IMG/VR virus record: IMGVR_UViG_3300028590_000551
Span: 1-51,509 of that record
Source: a virus
Taxonomy: Duplodnaviria > Caudoviricetes
DNA: 51,509 nt
Reading direction: 5' to 3' (one strand)
In this document: positions 43,777 through 51,509 of the stretch, in pieces
Numbering within the stretch: the first letter of the stretch is position 1
Layout: each line of letters starts with the position of its first letter
Program-made: the position numbers and the translations under genes
The notes under the pieces: model-generated
Databases searched by the model: none
Seen by the model: only the letters and a program-made list of their open reading frames with translations
What the model was told of the DNA's origin: nothing

Positions 43777-43935
43777 TCAAGAAGGCTCCGACCATCGCCT
43801 GATCCATTGCAGTAGTTCCTCGTGCGGGATCGTACGTCCAGCGTCGACGTCGGCGATACCTTCGCGGGTCCGCCGATCCTTCTCTTCCTCGGTCAATTCC
43901 GGAAGGAGTGCTAGCAGTTTGTCTTCAGGGCTCAT
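43777..43935 (-). CDS. 52-aa antitoxin-like peptide (C-terminal part of RHH/ParD-type antitoxins)
   Basis: Translated by hand: MSPEDKLLALLPELTEEEKDRRTREGIADVDAGRTIPHEELLQWIRRWSEPS. Confidence 0.5.
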   Translation of the reverse strand: MSPEDKLLALLPELTEEEKDRRTREGIADVDAGRTIPHEELLQWIRRWSEPS

Positions 43936-43952
43936 AGGCCGATGAGCTGCGC

Positions 43953-44714
43953 TCAAGTTGGCTTGATGCTCGTGAACATGGGCACGATCTGGGGATCATC
44001 CAGGCCCGCCGGCAAAGGCTGCGATACGTCGTGGACCGCCAAGTCGATGATGACGTCCAAATCTGAGCATAAGGGCTGTATGGCGGTGGTCACCAGACGA
44101 GCCGCCCGCTCGGCGAAAGCCAGGTCGACCACCAGCCAGATCAACAGACCGGGAGGCTGTTCGACGCCCCCCGACGAGTGAGTTTCCAGGAGATACGCCG
44201 ACGAGACGAAGTCGGCGTGTTCAAGGCTGCCGCTGATGGCCGGAGCGAGCCAAGCCGGTGCGGCTTGGGCAGGTCTCACCGCGAACTCCGCCGGCTCCAG
44301 CCGTTCCACCCTGGCCAGAAAGCCCGTATCCAACAATGCCGCAACCTCTTCCGGGTAGAGGACAACGCCGTCGTCGTTGGGATTGAGCATCAACGTAGCG
44401 CCGCGAGTACCGGTTAGCAGCTCACGGCCTGGAACTCCCAGAATTCTGACAGCAGCCGAACTGGCCGCCTGCGCCTTGTCGAGCGAGGTAAAGAAGGGGA
44501 TCGCATCGAAACCGTCAGGATGGCGGAACTGGACCAGCCGCAGTGTCCGCGCGTCATCCGAGACGGGCGCATGCACGTACACGATCGCATCCATCAGTCG
44601 CTTGAAGAATGCGCGTTCCTCGGCTGCGCTGTCGCGGGCCCGTTCAAAGGAAGCCTCCAGCGCTGCCTCTGCGGACGTAGTCCCTCTTGCACGCGGCCTG
44701 CTCGGTTGCTTCAT
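43953..44714 (-). CDS. SseB-family protein
   Basis: IPFFTS, L.LNP....V.L.PEEV..LL; C-terminal V..AYL domain. Confidence 0.7.
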   Translation of the reverse strand: MKQPSRPRARGTTSAEAALEASFERARDSAAEERAFFKRLMDAIVYVHAPVSDDARTLRLVQFRHPDGFDAIPFFTSLDKAQAASSAAVRILGVPGRELLTGTRGATLMLNPNDDGVVLYPEEVAALLDTGFLARVERLEPAEFAVRPAQAAPAWLAPAISGSLEHADFVSSAYLLETHSSGGVEQPPGLLIWLVVDLAFAERAARLVTTAIQPLCSDLDVIIDLAVHDVSQPLPAGLDDPQIVPMFTSIKPT

Positions 44715-44716
44715 AG

Positions 44717-44989
44717 TCAGATGCGATGAGGGCCAAGCGGGTATCCGGAGAACCAATCCGCCTCGATCTCGCTGCTCAGGTAGGGTCGTACGAAGGCCGA
44801 CTGGGTCAGCGCTCGCAGCCGCTCTTCGTGCTCAGCAATCGCCTCGATGTCGCTGACGGTTGGATAGTGCCGCAGCAGTCGATATGCCTCTTGCCGCACC
44901 TCTTTGGGCACGGCTTGGCTGGCCGCTAGCTGCCGGAGGAACGCGCCCGCCTGCAACACATTGCGGGTGCGCTCAGATGGCGTCGTCAT
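44717..44989 (-). CDS. BPSL0761-family protein
   Basis: MT.P.ERTR.V.....FL..L....VP..VR..A..LLRHYP. Confidence 0.7.
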   Translation of the reverse strand: MTTPSERTRNVLQAGAFLRQLAASQAVPKEVRQEAYRLLRHYPTVSDIEAIAEHEERLRALTQSAFVRPYLSSEIEADWFSGYPLGPHRI

Positions 44990-45095
44990 GACATCAAGAA
45001 TGGCTGGAACTAAGGAATGCTTAGCTTATCGCGTCTGTGGCCGGCTAGCGCACGGTGCAACTACAGACCTTGCGATTTCCAAATTAATCCGGTAT

Positions 45096-45108
45096 AATCA
45101 ATAACTTA
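45096..45108 (+). promoter_or_regulatory. IHF consensus site abutting the dif-like site
   Basis: AATCAATAACTTA fits WATCAANNNNTTR. Confidence 0.55.
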
Positions 45109-45135
45109 CTTCGCATAACGTCGCTTATGTAAAAC
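45108..45135 (+). other. Second dif-like XerC/XerD site, inverted relative to the phage target
   Basis: ACTTCGCATAA-CGTCGC-TTATGTAAAAC. Confidence 0.8.
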
Positions 45136-45317
45136 CGCGGCGTGGCCGGCTTGGTGAGTCTGGTGTTTGAATGGCTCCGCCCTTGATCGGTGTCTTGCTC
45201 ACGTTGCGGCTAGCCCGCGCCGGACGCTCCAGCCCTGATAGCCTTCAGTTCCGCGAGCATGATGGGCGCAGGCTTGGTAGGTTTTGAGGATGAACCGGGC
45301 ACGCTTGAGGAGCACCG

Positions 45318-45920
45318 ATGACGCAGCAAACGGATGACTCAGAGCGCGATCCTGCTCAGGCCAAGAAGAATGCCCAGGCGAATTTCGATCGAATGCTTAC
45401 TGGCATTCCGATGGAAATCCAAGACAGAGAAGCCAGCTTGGCCAGTCGGCTGGCCGACTTGCCTGGAAGCCCGATAAAGAAGCTGCGCGCCTTGCACAAG
45501 GAAATGGAGATCCTATCCGCGGCGATGGCTCCGTATGTCGCATGCAGTGCGGGCTGCTCGGCATGTTGCCACTACCCGGTGCACCTTTATCCCGTTGAGG
45601 CCGAGCTTATTGAGAAGCGCTCCTCGCATTCTCGGTTGCCGAAGCCGCTTCCTAGTGCCGACTTCCATGGTTCGCCCTGCCCCTTCCTCATCCAGGAACA
45701 ATGCTCGATTTACGAGGACCGTCCAATGGTTTGCCGCCAGCATGTTGCGTTGACCAACACGGCGTACTGGTGCGATTCGGTCAGATCGGGCGAAATCACT
45801 TTGCCGATGGCCCAACTCTCCAAAGTTCAAGAAGCTTTTCATGAGCTCGTAGCAAAGGATGGCCGCACGACCCCCATGGACATCAGACAGATCTTTGCGG
45901 TACCCGGCGAAAGCTCCTAG
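45318..45920 (+). CDS. YkgJ-family cysteine-cluster protein
   Basis: CSAGCSACC, CPFL...CSIYEDRPMVCR. Confidence 0.85.
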   Translation: MTQQTDDSERDPAQAKKNAQANFDRMLTGIPMEIQDREASLASRLADLPGSPIKKLRALHKEMEILSAAMAPYVACSAGCSACCHYPVHLYPVEAELIEKRSSHSRLPKPLPSADFHGSPCPFLIQEQCSIYEDRPMVCRQHVALTNTAYWCDSVRSGEITLPMAQLSKVQEAFHELVAKDGRTTPMDIRQIFAVPGESS

Positions 45921-45988
45921 GCATGGGAGTGCCTGAGAACTTGTCCGGACAGCGTTCTTTCGCGCGAGATATGCGCGTAACGGGAATG

Positions 45989-46381
45989 TCAGGACTGATG
46001 GAACCGCGCTTCTTGTGTCCGCCCACCGTAGCCATAGGCCGAGGCGCGCGCATCGTGGACATGGACATAGCTTGTCGGGTGCACGGGGCCTAACAGGCGC
46101 TCAAAGCAAGCGAATACCTCGGCAAGATACTCTGCCTTCTCCGCTTTGGTGTTGGTCTCATCCGTCACGCTGATCTCCAGCGAGAAGCTTGAGACGCCAA
46201 TCTCGCTCAGCGTCTTTCCTCCAATCAGCCAATCTTCAGGCCGGACATTCGTGATGATCGTCGCGATCAGGTCCGCCTTCTTTCCTTGAATCCGGCTGGT
46301 CAGATCGCTTACCAGGGTAGATATCTTCGCGGTCAGCGCCGGAGACGTAGATGCAGAGACTTTGATGTTGATCAGAGGCAT
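45989..46381 (-). CDS. Tautomerase (4-oxalocrotonate tautomerase/MIF superfamily)
   Basis: N-terminal MP, W.IGG, TNT..EK, YGYGG.TQ. Confidence 0.85.
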   Translation of the reverse strand: MPLINIKVSASTSPALTAKISTLVSDLTSRIQGKKADLIATIITNVRPEDWLIGGKTLSEIGVSSFSLEISVTDETNTKAEKAEYLAEVFACFERLLGPVHPTSYVHVHDARASAYGYGGRTQEARFHQS

Positions 46382-46407
46382 GAAGGGCCTCGTGTGAAGC
46401 CGATAGG

Positions 46408-47409
46408 CTAGTTGATGGCGATGACCACTTTGCCGATGGGCCTTCCATGTTCCATGCGCGCAAACGCGTCAGCCGCTTCAGCGAAAGGAAAGATGGTGTC
46501 GATAACCGGCACGATGGCGTGCTCGTCGATGAAGCGGATGAGCGCTTGGGTCATTCTCTTGGAACCCACTACCACTCCGGTGAGCGACTTTCCGCCGATG
46601 AGTGAGAAGGGATCGATGCTCAATGCGAATCCGCCAACGACGCCACCGATGGTCACGACATGGCCGCCGGGGCGCAGGCTTCGCAGCGAGCGAGCGATCG
46701 TGCCGGCGCCACCGATGTCCATCACCAGGTCTACGCCGCCGGTCGTGCGGAGCACCGTTTCATCCCAGTTGGGATCGGTGTTGTAGTTGATGGCGGCCTG
46801 TGCACCCAATGCCACCATGTGCTCGATGCCCTCTTCCCTCGAAGAGAGCACCGTGACGCGCAAGCCGGCTGCCAGCGCGAGTTGGACCGCCCATGTAGAA
46901 ACGCCGCCGGTGCCCTGAATCAGCACTTGAGCTCCATGGGGCAACGCGCCCAGCTCAAACAACGCGTGCCAGGCAGTGACCCCTGCGCAGGCGATCGTAG
47001 AAGCTTGCTCCCATGACAGAGTGCGTGGCGCGTGCACCAATGCACTTTGATCCACCACCAGATGTGTCGTCAGCACACCGTCGATGTTGCCACCCAGCGA
47101 CAGGGACAGCGCTTGCTCGCTGGGAAATCCCTCAGTCCACCGCGGAAAGAAGATGGGGAGTACGGCATCACCGATGGAGAAGTCGGTGATCGCCGAACCT
47201 ACAGCTACTACTTGTCCGGCGGCGTCCGACAATGGGATGCGGGCTTCGCCGGCCCCCATCTGACCGTGAGCAACGAGTAAGTCACGGTAGTTGAGCGAGG
47301 CGGCCTTGACGGCCAGTAGCACCTGGTGTTCGCCCAAGGACGAGGGCGGAACCTCGATCCTGTGAAGGCTTTGTGGACCCTGTCCACGGATGATGCGGTA
47401 GGCGTGCAT
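46408..47409 (-). CDS. NAD(P)-dependent MDR-family oxidoreductase
   Basis: ASLNYRD, PLSDAAG, CAGVTAW.AL, QGTGGVS, GKVVI. Confidence 0.9.
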   Translation of the reverse strand: MHAYRIIRGQGPQSLHRIEVPPSSLGEHQVLLAVKAASLNYRDLLVAHGQMGAGEARIPLSDAAGQVVAVGSAITDFSIGDAVLPIFFPRWTEGFPSEQALSLSLGGNIDGVLTTHLVVDQSALVHAPRTLSWEQASTIACAGVTAWHALFELGALPHGAQVLIQGTGGVSTWAVQLALAAGLRVTVLSSREEGIEHMVALGAQAAINYNTDPNWDETVLRTTGGVDLVMDIGGAGTIARSLRSLRPGGHVVTIGGVVGGFALSIDPFSLIGGKSLTGVVVGSKRMTQALIRFIDEHAIVPVIDTIFPFAEAADAFARMEHGRPIGKVVIAIN

Positions 47410-47486
47410 GAGCCTCATTCGGCGAGTTTGGTGAGAGGTGGCGATCGAGATGGCGCAATGACACAACGCATTCTTTGATGACGCCA

Positions 47487-47687
47487 TTAATGAACAATAT
47501 GGGCCGGATAGCCGATCGAGCTGAGTGCTTGCTTTATCAGCTCAAGCGGACGGCGGGTTTCGAGACTGATGCGGCGTTGGTCCGGCATGAACTGCGCCCG
47601 CATCGAGGGGTCTACGCTCATCAGCGCACGTCGAATGGGTGCCACACATGCGCTGCAAGCCATGGCCGGGATATGTAGTCGATGCAT
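47487..47687 (-). CDS. Heavy-metal-associated (HMA) small chaperone
   Basis: MACSAC motif and C-terminal GY. Confidence 0.7.
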   Translation of the reverse strand: MHRLHIPAMACSACVAPIRRALMSVDPSMRAQFMPDQRRISLETRRPLELIKQALSSIGYPAHIVH

Positions 47688-47744
47688 GCGTTGCTGCTCC
47701 AACCAGCAGGGTTAGCCAGCGTCAGGCTTCCCACTGTGGCAACG

Positions 47745-48215
47745 TCAATGCCCGTTCGTCGGACTCGCCAAATCGTCCAGGATCGGACATTCAGGGCGGT
47801 TGTCGCCATGGCATCGACTTGCTAGGTCGCGCAGCGTTCGCTGCATGGCCTGCATCTCGGTAATCTTGATCTGCAGATCGTCGATGTGGCCCTGGGCCAG
47901 TTTCTTGACCTGGGCGCTGGCTCGCCGGTCATCGCTCCACAAGCCTAGGAGCGATTGGATTTGTTTGATGGAAAATCCCAGGTTGCGGGCACGACGAATG
48001 AACCGAAGCCTGTGCACATCGGCATCGGTGTAAAGGCGATAGCCCGCAAAGGTGCGACCGGCCGGAGGGATCAGATCGATCTCTTCATAGTGGCGAATCA
48101 TCTTGGCGCTGACCTCGCTGAGCGCGGCGGCCTCGCCAATGTTATGCAATCCGGCTTCGCGCGCGTCGGCCAGTTCGGGCCGCAATGCCCTGGAGCTGCG
48201 TCTGGTTGCCATCAT
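47745..48215 (-). CDS. cueR: Cu(I)-responsive MerR regulator
   Basis: NIGEAA...[25 protein letters not shown]. Confidence 0.92.
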   Translation of the reverse strand: MMATRRSSRALRPELADAREAGLHNIGEAAALSEVSAKMIRHYEEIDLIPPAGRTFAGYRLYTDADVHRLRFIRRARNLGFSIKQIQSLLGLWSDDRRASAQVKKLAQGHIDDLQIKITEMQAMQRTLRDLASRCHGDNRPECPILDDLASPTNGH

Positions 48216-50644
48216 GCCTCTCCCACATCGATCTTGGTTGGCTGCCAACGGCGCAACAGCAGCGTGTTGGCAATCACGCTCACACTGGACAAGGCCATCG
48301 CTGCGCCGGCGATGACCGGATCAAGCAAGCCCAGGGCTGCCAGAGGGATCCCGACCACGTTGTATCCGAAAGCCCAGAACAGGTTCTGATGGATCTTGCG
48401 GGTCGTGCGGCGGGAAATGTCGATGGCATCGGCGATCAGACCCGGCTCAGCGCGCATTAGGGTAACCCCAGCGGCATGCATCGCCACATCGGTACCGGTT
48501 CCCATGGCCACTCCCAGGTTGGCGGCAGCTAGCGCTGGCGCATCGTTGACACCGTCGCCGACCATGGCCACCGGTGCCGACTGAGCCAATTCAGCGACCA
48601 AGGCGGCCTTCTGCTCAGGCAGTACATTGGCGCGCACCTCTTGAATGCCCAGTACCTTGGCCACCGAGGCGGCCGCGCCAGGGTTGTCGCCAGAAATCAT
48701 GACGGTGCGCAAACCCAGCGTGTGCAGCCTTTGCACAGCTGCGGCTGCACCCAGACGCGGCGGGTCCTCAAAGGCCAGTATGCCGAGCAACTGCGGATGA
48801 TCGGTGCCCTGCTCTGCCAGCCAGGACACCGTGTGGCCGCTCTGGCTGAGTAGTTCGGCCCGGGTCTGCAATGCCGTGAGCGCCACGCCATGCTCAAGCA
48901 TCATGCGGGTACTGCCCAGCAACAGGTTCCTGCCATCCACTGTGCCGGTGATGCCGCGGCCAGGCACCGCCTGCACGTCGCGTGCGAGCGGAATGGCGCG
49001 CTGGCCCATCACGCTCAATACGGCCCTAGCCAAGGGGTGCTCGCTGCCTTGCTGCAGGGCCGCCGCCAATGGCAACAGATCGGCCGCGTGGCCACGGGTG
49101 GCAATCTCTTCGGTCAGTACAGGACGTCCTTGGGTCAACGTGCCTGTCTTGTCGAAGGCCACCACCCTTACGGTACGTGCCACTTCCAGCGCCTCGGCAT
49201 CCTTGACCAGAATGCCCGCTCGGGCGGCCACGCCGGTGCCGGCCATGATCGCGGTCGGAGTCGCCAACCCCAGCGCGCATGGGCATGCGATGACCAGCAC
49301 CGCTACCGCGCTCAGGATCGCCTGGTTCCAATCACCCGTTCCCAAACCCCACCCGAGCAGCGTGAGCAAAGCCAGGCCGATCACCACCGGCACGAAGATC
49401 GCGCTCACCCGATCCACGGTTCGCTGGATAGGTGCCTTCTTGGCCTGTGCATCCTCCACGAGGCGAATGATCCGAGATAATGCGGTCTCGGCGCCGATGG
49501 CGAGTGTGCGCACCAGGATGCGGCCTTCGCCATTGATGGCCCCACCGGTGACGCGATCGCCCTCCCCGCGCGCCACGGGCATGGACTCCCCGGTGATCAG
49601 GGATTCATCCACGTGCGTGCGGCCCTCGGCGATCACGCCATCCACGGGGATGCGCTCGCCTGGCCGCACACTGACGATGTCCGAGAGGGCAACCTCGTGA
49701 ATGGCAACCTCGCGTTCTTGTCCGTCCTGATACACGCGTGCGGTGGCTGGCCGCAGTGCCTGCAATGCCCGGATCGCTTGCGTGGTCTGTTGCTTGGCGC
49801 GGGCCTCTAACCACTTGCCCAGCAGGATCAAGGTAATGATGACCGCCGAGGTCTCGAAGTACAGCGCGGCATCGCCGTGGTGTCCGGCATCGTTGAACAA
49901 GTGATAGACACTCAGTCCATAACCGGCACTGGTCCCCAAAGCGACCAGCAGATCCATGTTGCCCGTGCCGGCGCGCAGGGCGTGCCATCCAGCGCGATAA
50001 AAGCGCGCACCGATCCAGAACTGCACCGGCGTTGCGAGCAAGAACTGCAGCCAGCCCGGTAGCATCCAGTGCTGACCTGCGACCCATCCCAGCATCGGGA
50101 CGACCAACGGCAGGGACAGGGCCGCAGCGATCAGTAGTTTGAGGGTGTCACCACTGAGCGGCTGGCGCGCCGGCGTTGTATCGGCGTTGCCTGCCGGGGT
50201 CTGCGGTTCGATCGCGCGGTAGCCCGCTGCGCTGACCGCGGCAACCAGGGATGCGACCTCCACCAGTGACGTGGTCCTTATGCGCGCACGCTCGGTGGCC
50301 AGATTGACCGACACCTCCATTACGCCCGGCACAGCGCGCAGCGCACCCTCCACCCGTGCCACACAGGAAGCGCAGGTCATCCCTTCGATGATCAGATCCC
50401 GCTCCTGGCTGGCAACCTCATAACCGGCTTGCTTCACCGCAGCGATCAAGGCCGGCAACGCGGCCGCCGGCGCGGTTACCTCGGCCCCTTCTGTTGCCAG
50501 ATTGATCGACGCATCGCTCACGCCGGCAACGGAGCGCAAGCTGCGCTCTACCCGGCCCACACACGAGGCGCATGTCATGCCGGCGACACTGAAGCGATGG
50601 GTGTCCGCAGGCGTCGGCTGCGGCGAGGTGAACGTTATGTCCAT
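48212..50644 (-). CDS. copA: Cu(I)-translocating P1B ATPase
   Basis: Two GMTCASC, TGES, CPC, DKTGT, SEHP, GDGVND, YN, MALSS. Confidence 0.95.
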   Translation of the reverse strand: MDITFTSPQPTPADTHRFSVAGMTCASCVGRVERSLRSVAGVSDASINLATEGAEVTAPAAALPALIAAVKQAGYEVASQERDLIIEGMTCASCVARVEGALRAVPGVMEVSVNLATERARIRTTSLVEVASLVAAVSAAGYRAIEPQTPAGNADTTPARQPLSGDTLKLLIAAALSLPLVVPMLGWVAGQHWMLPGWLQFLLATPVQFWIGARFYRAGWHALRAGTGNMDLLVALGTSAGYGLSVYHLFNDAGHHGDAALYFETSAVIITLILLGKWLEARAKQQTTQAIRALQALRPATARVYQDGQEREVAIHEVALSDIVSVRPGERIPVDGVIAEGRTHVDESLITGESMPVARGEGDRVTGGAINGEGRILVRTLAIGAETALSRIIRLVEDAQAKKAPIQRTVDRVSAIFVPVVIGLALLTLLGWGLGTGDWNQAILSAVAVLVIACPCALGLATPTAIMAGTGVAARAGILVKDAEALEVARTVRVVAFDKTGTLTQGRPVLTEEIATRGHAADLLPLAAALQQGSEHPLARAVLSVMGQRAIPLARDVQAVPGRGITGTVDGRNLLLGSTRMMLEHGVALTALQTRAELLSQSGHTVSWLAEQGTDHPQLLGILAFEDPPRLGAAAAVQRLHTLGLRTVMISGDNPGAAASVAKVLGIQEVRANVLPEQKAALVAELAQSAPVAMVGDGVNDAPALAAANLGVAMGTGTDVAMHAAGVTLMRAEPGLIADAIDISRRTTRKIHQNLFWAFGYNVVGIPLAALGLLDPVIAGAAMALSSVSVIANTLLLRRWQPTKIDVGEA

Positions 50645-50681
50645 GGAGTATGGGCCAATAGGAACGAGCAGCTAGCCTGAG

Positions 50682-50704
50682 CCTTCCCATGATGGGAAGG
50701 TCAA
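50682..50704 (-). promoter_or_regulatory. CueR box / promoter for copA
   Basis: CCTTCCCATGATGGGAAGG dyad with TTGACC -35 on the minus strand. Confidence 0.85.
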
Positions 50705-50741
50705 CAGCGGGGGGCGGACCAGCACTCAACTTGCCTGCGGT

Positions 50742-50764
50742 TTGACCTTCCCACCGTGGGAAGG
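50742..50764 (+). promoter_or_regulatory. CueR box / promoter for copZ
   Basis: TTGACCTTCCCACCGTGGGAAGG. Confidence 0.85.
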
Positions 50765-50813
50765 CTCATCGTCACGCCGTCGGCAAACCGCCGATGCTTT
50801 TGGAGGGTTGTCC

Positions 50814-51074
50814 ATGAATCTCGTTGTTGAAGGTATGACCTGTGGTCACTGTGTCCGGACGGTCACCCAAGCCATTCAGGCCCTTGACCCCCACGCCCAG
50901 GTGGACGTTGATCTGAGCAGTGGCGTGGTCAAGATCGAGGGCCTGCTTGCCGCAGAACAGGCGATGGGGGCCATCCAGCGGCAAGGCTATGTCATCGCCG
51001 CCGTGCTCCCTTCCGAGGCCGATACGCCAGCGGCCCCGGACGCATCCTCCTGCTGCGGCGGATGCCACCGCTGA
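50814..51074 (+). CDS. copZ: Copper chaperone
   Basis: VEGMTCGHCV, GY, C-terminal CCGGCH; GGAGG RBS. Confidence 0.85.
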   Translation: MNLVVEGMTCGHCVRTVTQAIQALDPHAQVDVDLSSGVVKIEGLLAAEQAMGAIQRQGYVIAAVLPSEADTPAAPDASSCCGGCHR

Positions 51075-51211
51075 GGCCGCGCGAGGGCTTGATCTTGATC
51101 AATGCCCGTCGGCCCCAAGAGGGCTAGACTGGCCATCATGAGAGCTGGCACGTCCCCTACCCTGATCCGCCCAGCGTCCGCAGGCGCTGCTTCGGGCGTG
51201 CGTGAGCTGTC

Positions 51212-51509
51212 ATGGTGAAGCTGCTCAGGCGATGGCGGCGTTCCCGCCCTCGTGCCCGACTGGCATGGCTGGGACTGTGGGCGCTGCTGTTGCAGCAGCT
51301 GGCGCTGGTGGCCTACGCCTGTCCGCTGGAATCGGTGGAAGCTGGACAAGCGACCCTGATGGTCGGTTGCGAAGAGATGCCCGCGCCGGATCCCGATGCT
51401 CCGGCGTTGTGCGACCAGCATTGCCTGCGCGATCACATCACCACGGCCGATGCGAAGGCCCCTCAAGTGCCTTACCAGCCGGCGCTGGTCGCCTTCGCGC
51501 TGGCGCAGG
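51212..51509 (+). CDS. Putative exported metal-binding protein of copper clusters (3' truncated by window)
   Basis: MVKLLRRWRR...LWALLLQQLALVAYACP...GC..M...LCDQHC; frame open to the window end. Confidence 0.55.
   Translation, partial: MVKLLRRWRRSRPRARLAWLGLWALLLQQLALVAYACPLESVEAGQATLMVGCEEMPAPDPDAPALCDQHCLRDHITTADAKAPQVPYQPALVAFALAQ

Noticed and set aside
1-51509. CRISPR array, tRNA or rRNA genes
   Set aside because: No regularly spaced repeats or recognisable structural RNA genes found by eye; covariance-model scans were not run.

Overview
High-GC gammaproteobacterial DNA, most consistent with Xanthomonadaceae such as Stenotrophomonas (inferred from codon style, dif-arm sequence and the copper cluster). 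Most of the window (175-43527) is an apparently complete ~43.3 kb temperate siphovirus-type prophage inserted just after a glucokinase gene. Its ends share a 15-bp direct repeat (ACATAATAGGCATTA). Rejoining the outer halves gives a 28-bp XerC/XerD dif-like site (minus strand ATTTCGCATAA-TGCCTA-TTATGTTAAAG). The phage encodes three tyrosine recombinases and one serine recombinase, RdgC, a beta-clamp homologue, two DNA methyltransferases, a Mor-like activator, a portal-MuF fusion, a -1 frameshift tail chaperone and an SSB whose acidic tail lies behind an in-frame TAG. Right of the phage is a ~1.6 kb module (antitoxin-like fragment, SseB-family, BPSL0761-family) bounded by an inverted second dif-like site, followed by a CueR/CopA/CopZ copper cluster. 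The best candidate for an undescribed system is a tailed dsDNA phage that targets Xer/dif-module sites and carries a multi-recombinase toolkit. All family calls are from recalled motifs and gene order; no database searches were run.
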